A stretch of DNA of 64,000 nucleotides from IMG/VR virus record IMGVR_UViG_3300013131_000021; one strand, written 5' to 3'. Origin of the DNA: a virus. This document shows, piece by piece, positions 1 to 6,852 of the stretch. The notes under the pieces were generated by a model. The model saw nothing but the letters and a program-made list of their open reading frames with translations, did not search any database and was not told the origin of the DNA. Positions within the stretch are counted from its first letter, which is position 1, and each line of letters opens with the position of its first letter. The position numbers were made by a program, and so were the translations under genes.

Positions 1-1
1 G

Positions 2-250
2 GCCATTCTTCAACTAACTCAAATAGGACTACAATTCGATGAAAGCAAATCAGATAATCCTTTTGCTTACTATACTGCTGCTGTTACTAATTCATTCGTT
101 AGAATTATCAACATTGAGAAGCGTAATCAAAACATTAGAGACGATATTCTAGAAATGAATGGTATGAACCCAAGCTGGACTCGCCAAAATAGTAGCGGCG
201 GTCCTAGCACAGCTCCCGGTCCTGTGTCGGATGGTAATGATTGGGATTGA
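2..250 (+). CDS. gp55: Late-transcription sigma factor, T4 gp55-like (3' part; truncated by window edge)
   Basis: Frame 2 reads AILQLTQIGLQFDESKSDNPFAYYTAAVTNSFVRIINIEKRNQNIRDD...DWD* (TGA 248-250). FDxxKSxNPFAY is the gp55 motif, and the gene precedes gp47/gp46 as in T4-like phages. Not in the ORF track. Confidence 0.85.
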   Translation, partial: AILQLTQIGLQFDESKSDNPFAYYTAAVTNSFVRIINIEKRNQNIRDDILEMNGMNPSWTRQNSSGGPSTAPGPVSDGNDWD

Positions 251-275
251 AAATACAAACTAAAGGCTGTAAAAT
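247..275 (+). promoter_or_regulatory. Sigma70-type promoter for gp47 (TTGAAA-17-TAAAAT); probably leaderless transcript
   Basis: TTGAAA 247-252, 17-nt spacer, TAAAAT 270-275; ATG at 282 with no Shine-Dalgarno. Confidence 0.55.
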
Positions 276-281
276 TATTTT

Positions 282-1295
282 ATGAAGAATCTTTTTAAGA
301 AGGCGGCGGCATTCACAGACATACATTTTGGTCTAAAGAGTGGTAGTAGGACACACAATCAAGATTGCGAAGATTTTGTAGATTGGTTTTGTGAAACTGC
401 TAAAACTGAAGGTTGCGAAACTGCTATTTTTCTCGGCGACTGGCATCACAATCGTTCTACTACTGATGTCAGTACCATGAACTACACGGTGTCAAATTTA
501 GAAACACTTAATAATTCATTCAATCGTGTTTTTCTCATCATGGGGAATCATGATGAGTATTACAAGGATAAACGAGAAATACACAGCTTAGAATTCGCTA
601 GATTGTTTCCAAATATAACTGTGGTTAATCAGACCTTCACAGAAGGCGATGTTACTATTATGCCTTGGCTAATAGGAGAAGAATGGAAAGACATACCTCG
701 CATCAAAAGTCGCTACATGTTTGGACATCTTGAATTACCGCATTTTTATATGAATGCTATGGTGCAGATGCCCGACCACGGGCAATTACAAACCACACAT
801 TTTACTAACCAAGAATATGTATTCACAGGACATTTTCACAAACGTCAAACTAAAGGCAATATAATTTATATAGGCAATGCTTTTCCTCACAATTATGCAG
901 ACTCGGGCGACGACGATAGAGGTATGATGATACTAGAGTGGGGCAAAGAGCCTGTATACAAAACGTGGCCTGGACAACCAATTTATAGGACTTACAAGTT
1001 AAGCCAAATTATAGATGCTCCTGAAAAATTACTGCGTGAAAAAATGCATTGTAGAGTATCTATTGATTTGCCTATTACATTTGAAGAAGCTAATTTTATC
1101 AAAGAACAGTTTATTCCGCAATATAATTTGCGTGAATTAATGTTAATTCCAGAAAAAGTTGAAGTAGATTCTACACACGTACCTATCGATATAAATTTCG
1201 AAAGTGTAGATACGATAGTAATGAATCAAATTAATTCTATCGATAGCGACAGCTATGATAAAAAAATATTATTAGAAATATACAATAATCTATGA
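282..1295 (+). CDS. gp47: Recombination nuclease subunit, Mre11/SbcD-like metallophosphoesterase
   Basis: Motifs DIHFG, FLGDWHH, GNHD, GHLE, GHFH; adjacent to gp46. Confidence 0.95.
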   Translation: MKNLFKKAAAFTDIHFGLKSGSRTHNQDCEDFVDWFCETAKTEGCETAIFLGDWHHNRSTTDVSTMNYTVSNLETLNNSFNRVFLIMGNHDEYYKDKREIHSLEFARLFPNITVVNQTFTEGDVTIMPWLIGEEWKDIPRIKSRYMFGHLELPHFYMNAMVQMPDHGQLQTTHFTNQEYVFTGHFHKRQTKGNIIYIGNAFPHNYADSGDDDRGMMILEWGKEPVYKTWPGQPIYRTYKLSQIIDAPEKLLREKMHCRVSIDLPITFEEANFIKEQFIPQYNLRELMLIPEKVEVDSTHVPIDINFESVDTIVMNQINSIDSDSYDKKILLEIYNNL

Positions 1296-3073
1296 CGATT
1301 AAAATAAAAAATCTCACAGTTAAAAACTTTATGAGCGTGGGCAATCAAACCCAGGCTATCGATTTTGATCGTGGACAGCTGACCTTGGTCTTAGGTGAAA
1401 ATCTAGATCTAGGAGGTGATGACTCTGGTGCCCGAAATGGAACAGGCAAAACTACAATCATCAACGGACTGAGCTACGCTATCTACGGTCAAGCCCTAAC
1501 TAACATCAAACGTGATAATCTTATCAATAAGATCAACGGAAAAAACATGTTAGTCGCTGTTAGTTTTGAGAAGGATGGGGTTAGTTATCATATCGAACGA
1601 GGTAGAAAACCTAACTTACTAAAGTTTAGTATAGATGGTCAAGAACAAGAATTAAAAGATCTAGACGAAAGCCAGGGAGATTCTAGAGAAACGCAAAAAG
1701 CTATCGAAACGGTTTTTCAAATGAGCCACGACATGTTCAAACATATTGTAGCTCTTAATACTTACACTGAACCATTCCTTAGTCAAAAGTCTGCAGATCA
1801 AAGAGCGATTATCGAACAACTGCTGGGTATAACTATGTTATCCGAAAAAGCGGAACTTCTCAAAGAATCGATAAGAATATCAAAAGATACCATCTCGACT
1901 GAAAACACTAGAATTGAAACAGTGAAAGCATCAAACGAACGCATACAACAAAGCATCGAAACATTAGAGCGTAAACAGAAATTATGGGAAGAGCAGAAAG
2001 AAACTTCTCTAGAGAATATTCGAAAAAGCATAGATAGACTCAATGATATTGACATTGATCATGAAGTAGAAAATCAAAAATCTCTAGCCGAATGGAACAA
2101 ATCTAAAAAAGAAATCGATAATCTTAATTCTTTAATGGCTAAACAAACTAGTGCGCTAGAAAAAGAACAAAAGGTATTAGACAAATTAGAAAAAGAGTTG
2201 ATAAGTTTAGGTAATCATAAATGTCATACCTGCGGACAAGATTTACATGATAACAAACATTATGAACTATTATCAACTAAAGCACAACAACTAGAAGAAA
2301 GTAAAGGTTCAATTAGCGAACACCTAGAAGAATTATCTACTCTTAACGAAGCATTGGCATTATTAGGAGATTTAGGTGATTGTCCCAAAGTGCATTACGA
2401 TAATTTAGAACAGGCATTAAATCATAAGAATACATTAAGTGGTCTTGAAAAAGATCTAACTATCAAAGAATCAGAAGAAAACCCGTATGATGAACAGATA
2501 TTAGAATTAAAGACTACCGCTGTACAAGAAATCGATTGGAATTATCTAAATGAACTAGTTAAAATCAAAGAGCATCAAGAATTTTTATACAAACTATTAA
2601 CTAACAAAGATAGTTTTGTACGTAAACGCATCATCGATCAGAATCTTGCGTTCTTGAATCAACGATTAACACACTATCTAGATCGAATTGGACTACCTCA
2701 CATTGTAGAATTTCAAAACGATCTATCTGTGATAATCACACAGCTAGGTCAGGATTTAGATTTTGATAATCTAAGTCGCGGGGAAAGAAACAGATTAATA
2801 TTAAGTCTAAGTTGGGCATTTAGAGATGTATGGGAAAATTTATATCAAAACATCAATTTATTGTTTATTGACGAATTAGTAGATAGTGGCATGGATGCAA
2901 GCGGAGTTGAAAGCTCTATTGCTGTGCTTAAACGTATGACCCGTGAGAGAGAGAAAAATGTATTCTTAATTTCTCACAGAGACGACTTAACAAGTAGAGT
3001 AAATCATGTGTTAAAAGTGATTAAAGAAAACGGATTTACCAGTTATTCAACAGATATAGAAATAATATCATGA
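1292..3073 (+). CDS. gp46: Recombination ATPase subunit, Rad50/SbcC-like
   Basis: Walker A GARNGTGKTT, coiled coil with CHTC zinc hook, LSRGE signature, Walker B LFIDE, H-loop ISHR. Confidence 0.95.
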   Translation: MTIKIKNLTVKNFMSVGNQTQAIDFDRGQLTLVLGENLDLGGDDSGARNGTGKTTIINGLSYAIYGQALTNIKRDNLINKINGKNMLVAVSFEKDGVSYHIERGRKPNLLKFSIDGQEQELKDLDESQGDSRETQKAIETVFQMSHDMFKHIVALNTYTEPFLSQKSADQRAIIEQLLGITMLSEKAELLKESIRISKDTISTENTRIETVKASNERIQQSIETLERKQKLWEEQKETSLENIRKSIDRLNDIDIDHEVENQKSLAEWNKSKKEIDNLNSLMAKQTSALEKEQKVLDKLEKELISLGNHKCHTCGQDLHDNKHYELLSTKAQQLEESKGSISEHLEELSTLNEALALLGDLGDCPKVHYDNLEQALNHKNTLSGLEKDLTIKESEENPYDEQILELKTTAVQEIDWNYLNELVKIKEHQEFLYKLLTNKDSFVRKRIIDQNLAFLNQRLTHYLDRIGLPHIVEFQNDLSVIITQLGQDLDFDNLSRGERNRLILSLSWAFRDVWENLYQNINLLFIDELVDSGMDASGVESSIAVLKRMTREREKNVFLISHRDDLTSRVNHVLKVIKENGFTSYSTDIEIIS

Positions 3074-3300
3074 GCAGCGAATCCCACAATAAGATGATAG
3101 AAGCTTTTCAACAATACTTCAAATATCAAGATAGATTTGAATATAATGGGGCTGACGATTCTGGTGCGAAGGCCAGGGTTTGGTTATCAGAAATTCGTAA
3201 ACAGGCAAGTATTAGGCGAATAGAAATTCAAGTAAGAAGGCAAGAAGCAAAAAAAGCCAGAAATGGTCGCAATGGAAGGCCTCCTAAAATAACTAAATGA
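3070..3300 (+). CDS. Hypothetical basic protein (76 aa)
   Basis: ATGA overlap with the gp46 stop; abuts the next ORF; Arg/Lys-rich C-terminus. Confidence 0.7.
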   Translation: MSSESHNKMIEAFQQYFKYQDRFEYNGADDSGAKARVWLSEIRKQASIRRIEIQVRRQEAKKARNGRNGRPPKITK

Positions 3301-3735
3301 GTGCTGTGGACGTATCAAAATCGACCAATAAACGAAATACCAGAAGGCTACATTGGCTTTGTATATCTCATCACCAATCTACAAACCGGGCAAAAGTACA
3401 TAGGCAAGAAATTAGCACAATTTAAACGTACTAAACCACCACTCAAAGGCAAAAAACTTAAACGTAGAAGCACAGTAGAAAGCGATTGGCGCGATTACTG
3501 GGGTTCTTCTGATAGGTTAAACGCAGACGTCCAAGCATTAGGTCCGGAAAATTTCACTAGAGAAATACTTTATCTTTGTAAATCCAAGGCAGAAATGTCA
3601 TATCTAGAGGCAAGAGAGCAATTTGAACGCAGGGTTTTAGAATCTGACGACTATTATAATGGCATTATAAACGTCAGAGTTGGCGGTTCAAACATACTTA
3701 GACAGCGTCTCGAAGAACATAAAAAGGCAAAATAA
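3301..3735 (+). CDS. Small GIY-YIG family nuclease (144 aa)
   Basis: GFVYLITN...KYIGKK (GIY-YIG variant), YWGSS, downstream conserved Glu (LEAREQ) and YYNG; GTG start. Confidence 0.8.
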   Translation: MLWTYQNRPINEIPEGYIGFVYLITNLQTGQKYIGKKLAQFKRTKPPLKGKKLKRRSTVESDWRDYWGSSDRLNADVQALGPENFTREILYLCKSKAEMSYLEAREQFERRVLESDDYYNGIINVRVGGSNILRQRLEEHKKAK

Positions 3736-4100
3736 CGCGGTTTTTTGGCTGGCGCAGGCCTTAATCTCATGCGCTCTAAACCTGGTCAATCGTGGTCGCA
3801 GGGACGGAATTCCATGCCGCAATGGTACTCAACTACTACCCATTTATGGATGAAGATCGCTTAAAACCTGCGATTTAGTTGTTTGAAAAGGATAAACAAA
3901 GGTAAAAAGAAGGGAGAAAACCCCTACGTATACAAAGATGTTAGCGTATGTTTGTATACCGCCGTCATATGAAGACATGGCTCGAGGTACCGGATGACCG
4001 CCTCTGCAATGCCATAACGCTAAGTGGTATTGTTCAACTCGGATAATATTTTTTTCGCCCGGCAACGGGCGAAGTGTGGCTGAACAATCTGGATAATCTT
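3736..4100 (+). ncRNA. Candidate large structured non-coding RNA (family not recognised)
   Basis: About 365 nt with no credible ORF and many stems, including long-range TCGCAGG/CCTGCGA and TTGTTCA/TGAACAA, a GCAA tetraloop and G-U pairs. Strand inferred from G-U pairs and flanking gene direction. Confidence 0.5.
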
Positions 4101-4103
4101 AAA

Positions 4104-4202
4104 TTGCGCTTCGCGCAAAAAAATTTTAGAACATCTCTAAAATTTAAAAAAGAAAAAAGTGCGTTGAGCGCAAGCGAAAACGCAAACGAGCGTAAGCTCG
4201 TT
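4104..4202. repeat. Cluster of short perfect inverted repeats (hairpins)
   Basis: TTGCGC-TTC-GCGCAA 4104-4118; AATTTTAGA-ACATC-TCTAAAATT 4122-4144; GCGTT..AACGC 4161-4183; AACGAGC-GTAA-GCTCGTT 4185-4202. Confidence 0.8.
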
Positions 4203-4209
4203 ATCACGA

Positions 4210-4219
4210 TAAATAAATA
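4210..4219 (+). promoter_or_regulatory. T4-type late promoter (TAAATA, doubled)
   Basis: GATAAATAAATAA upstream of the ORF at 4244; the same core recurs before most virion genes. Confidence 0.65.
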
Positions 4220-4243
4220 AACTGTGCATAGGAATTCCTAATA

Positions 4244-5257
4244 ATGAGAATCAACGAAATAATTTTTGAAAATACCTTGTCTGAAGGTCCTCTATTAAAC
4301 AAAGTAGGTGCTGGTATAGGCAAAGCAGTAGGAGGCACTGCCAAAGCTGTAGGAGCAGTAGCAGGTGGCGTTGCAGGAATTCCTGGAGCTATTGCCAAAG
4401 GTTTTAGAGCAGGCAAATCTACTGTAAGCGGTGCTGGAGACGAGCCTAAATCATCTGGAGGAGTCGGTGCAGGCATAGCCAAAGGGTTGGCAGGTGGCGG
4501 ATCAACTGCTGCTGGCAGTGATGCTGCGGGAGATCCGGGAGCAGAAACTGCTGCCAAGACTTTACAACAACAGGTAGATAAGCTCAGCCCAGAAACCAAA
4601 CAAGAATTATTAAAGACTTTACAGGCCAGCAGTGAAAAAGATCAAACAGCTGCAGCAAAGCCTGCTGCACAAAACCCAGATGCTGAGCCTGCTGCTAAAT
4701 CAAGTACCGCAGCAACACCGGCCACAGGAGCAGGTACAGCCACAGCAGGAACCACTGCTGCTGGTAAACCAAGGGTAGAACCAACTTTGGCAGCACCAGC
4801 TGCGGCCGCTGCATCAACTTCGGCTTCTGCACAGAAAACATCTCCTGCACAAGGTCAAGCATCTTCAGATCCTTATGAAATTATCAAAGGGCAGGTTAGA
4901 AAAGCTCAGGGAGGTACCAAACCAGTTCCTGACAATTTACTGCAGAGCATCAATACAGACATTGCTCGCATGGGTAAAGGCGACAAAGACATGGGCGCCA
5001 ATGTTGGACAGCGCATTCTTCAATTGGCCAAACAAGGATATGATGTTAAAAATGCACAGACACAGTTCATAGGTGCTTCGAAACAATTAACACAGAGTGT
5101 ATATCGTGCGATTTCTAACATGCTTAAAGAACACGGATTAGCATGGAGTGATTTAAACTTAAAAATCACACTGGTAGAAGGTGTCAGCGAATATGTGTTG
5201 ATATCTGAACTGAGACCATTAACAGAAAACAAAATCCAACTTTACAGAGTTAAATGA
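4244..5257 (+). CDS. Putative internal head/virion protein, Gly/Ala-rich (337 aa)
   Basis: N-terminus MRINEIIFENTLSEG, glycine-zipper-like GAGIGKAVGG repeats, Ala/Pro/Thr-rich linker; follows a late promoter. Confidence 0.75.
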   Translation: MRINEIIFENTLSEGPLLNKVGAGIGKAVGGTAKAVGAVAGGVAGIPGAIAKGFRAGKSTVSGAGDEPKSSGGVGAGIAKGLAGGGSTAAGSDAAGDPGAETAAKTLQQQVDKLSPETKQELLKTLQASSEKDQTAAAKPAAQNPDAEPAAKSSTAATPATGAGTATAGTTAAGKPRVEPTLAAPAAAAASTSASAQKTSPAQGQASSDPYEIIKGQVRKAQGGTKPVPDNLLQSINTDIARMGKGDKDMGANVGQRILQLAKQGYDVKNAQTQFIGASKQLTQSVYRAISNMLKEHGLAWSDLNLKITLVEGVSEYVLISELRPLTENKIQLYRVK

Positions 5258-5721
5258 AAATCAGAGAACTGATAGTTGAAGCCCCGCTGGACAGTACTGG
5301 GTCTGTGGTAGGTAAGGGAGTCGGTCAAGGCGCCTATGGTGCAGGCTATGCGGCAGGCAAGATCGCCAGTAAGTTTGGATCTTCTCAAACACCTAACACA
5401 AATCAAGGACGATCAGCTAACGTACTGACAGCTATAGGCAGGGGTATTAAAAGTGGCACGATGAAATGGGCCACTGGCAAAGGCGATGACCTCTCTAAAG
5501 ATCAAAATGCTGATACTGTGCGCAGGATAATCAACAGGAAATCAGTGCCACAAGACGAACTGGATCAATTGATCAGCAGTTTCCCCAGCTTGAAACTAGG
5601 TTGGAAAGTAGATAGGAATGCCGCCACGTTGGCCTTGAACAAGTATAAGAAAGGTCAAGCTCTAGACGGCAATGATGTTAACAGTCTTAAACTAGTGTTA
5701 CAAGATCTAGAAGAAGCTTAA
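5254..5721 (+). CDS. Putative internal head/virion protein (155 aa)
   Basis: ATGA overlap; N-terminus MKIRELIVEA resembles that of ORF 4244; Gly-rich segment. Confidence 0.7.
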   Translation: MKIRELIVEAPLDSTGSVVGKGVGQGAYGAGYAAGKIASKFGSSQTPNTNQGRSANVLTAIGRGIKSGTMKWATGKGDDLSKDQNADTVRRIINRKSVPQDELDQLISSFPSLKLGWKVDRNAATLALNKYKKGQALDGNDVNSLKLVLQDLEEA

Positions 5722-5910
5722 ACCGGTTTTTTTGGTAGTTTCTAGATTGTCTTTGATTATTTCTGCTATGATAGCACGTTCTTCATGGCTGAGATGCATG
5801 ACTTCAGAATAGCTCATACCTCGCATGTACCAACAGACCCGTAAGGCTTCCTTTTTAATCTCTCGTGCCTCTTTGTCAAGTTTATCCGCTTCCTGTAAGA
5901 TCTCCGGCAA
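5707..5910 (-). CDS. gp51-like baseplate hub/tail assembly chaperone; probably expressed as a -1 frameshift extension of the upstream gene
   Basis: WYMRGMSYSEVMHLSHEER resembles gp51/GT-type chaperone C-termini; directly follows the gp26-like gene; TTG start with no SD; frame open back to the slippery site at 5934-5940. Confidence 0.65.
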   Translation of the reverse strand: MPEILQEADKLDKEAREIKKEALRVCWYMRGMSYSEVMHLSHEERAIIAEIIKDNLETTKKTGLSFF

Positions 5911-5918
5911 CGAGAGTC

Positions 5919-6788
5919 TTAAGATCTTACTGCGAAAAAATTTGACTGATCCATGGTAATGTTGATTTCGTATTCGTGCTGACAGTCGTTGCAGGCAACT
6001 TTCTGTGTTTTTAACTCAATCTTGTTTTTCATTTCCATTACATGGTCGTTGATCTTGTTGAAGATTTCACTGGTGGAATTATTGATAAATTCTTCAATCA
6101 TGGTTCGATCATCAACCACACCATCTGGAGTTTCGATGCTGTGTATGCAGCCACAGACGATGTCCACTGTGAGTTCTGTCAACTTTAAAAAGCTTTGACC
6201 AAATCTTTCAATCTTTTCTTCTTCAGGCAGTGTTTCATCAGTTACAGTGGCGAATATTCGCTGTTGTTCTAAAGCTCTGATAGCAGCTTTGGTGCTTTCT
6301 TTGTAGTTGTAAGGTCTGATATTAACTTTCAACGGAGGCATGTCGATCTGAGCTTGATATTTAAAATTCTGTACTTGATTTAGATATATCACGATGTCAA
6401 ATACATAGTCATTGAGATGCTCGCAGGAAGGACAGTTAGCACTGACTTCCATGTCTTTGCCATAGGTTGCTACTCGTATGGCCATTAATGCTGCGTCAAG
6501 ATCGATGCTGGGCATCTGCCATGGATCTTTGATAGCAGGAATACAGCTCTTGATCAATTCCACAGTGGCTTGACCATTTAACAGTGCGTCCGGAGTTTTA
6601 AGAATCAGCTCGTCTTTGGCAGTCATAGCATAGACAGGATATTCTCCGGTGCTGCTGAGATCCAATGCGCCTGGCGGATAAAATTCACCTTGAGAAGGCA
6701 ATTTTAAAAATATCTTGGGTTGCCTAAAATAATTTGATAAAGGGTTGATCTTAGGTCTATTAACTGCGCTGTCTTGCAAATCTGACAT
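5919..6788 (-). CDS. gp26: Baseplate hub subunit, T4 gp26-like (289 aa)
   Basis: NPL..YFRQP, LPSQGEFYP, YAMTAKDEL, CPSC and CNDC Cys pairs. Start reassigned to ATG 6788 (GGAG SD, late promoter upstream). Confidence 0.8.
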   Translation of the reverse strand: MSDLQDSAVNRPKINPLSNYFRQPKIFLKLPSQGEFYPPGALDLSSTGEYPVYAMTAKDELILKTPDALLNGQATVELIKSCIPAIKDPWQMPSIDLDAALMAIRVATYGKDMEVSANCPSCEHLNDYVFDIVIYLNQVQNFKYQAQIDMPPLKVNIRPYNYKESTKAAIRALEQQRIFATVTDETLPEEEKIERFGQSFLKLTELTVDIVCGCIHSIETPDGVVDDRTMIEEFINNSTSEIFNKINDHVMEMKNKIELKTQKVACNDCQHEYEINITMDQSNFFAVRS

Positions 6789-6798
6789 TATTTGTCTC

Positions 6799-6827
6799 CG
6801 ATAAATATTAATACGTAGATATTTATA
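6799..6827. promoter_or_regulatory. Overlapping divergent late promoters for gp26 (minus) and tape measure (plus)
   Basis: Plus strand CGATAAATA 6799-6807; minus strand TATAAATAT (plus ATATTTATA) 6819-6827; lies between divergent starts 6788 and 6853. Confidence 0.7.
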
Positions 6828-6852
6828 TGCGTATTTTTCTGGAAAAATTAAT

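Noticed and set aside
3736-4230. Group I/II intron, or the minus-strand 73-aa ORF 3844-4065
   Set aside because: No interrupted gene, no recognisable P7 or domain V motifs. The ORF lacks an SD and protein-like features and overlaps the structured region.
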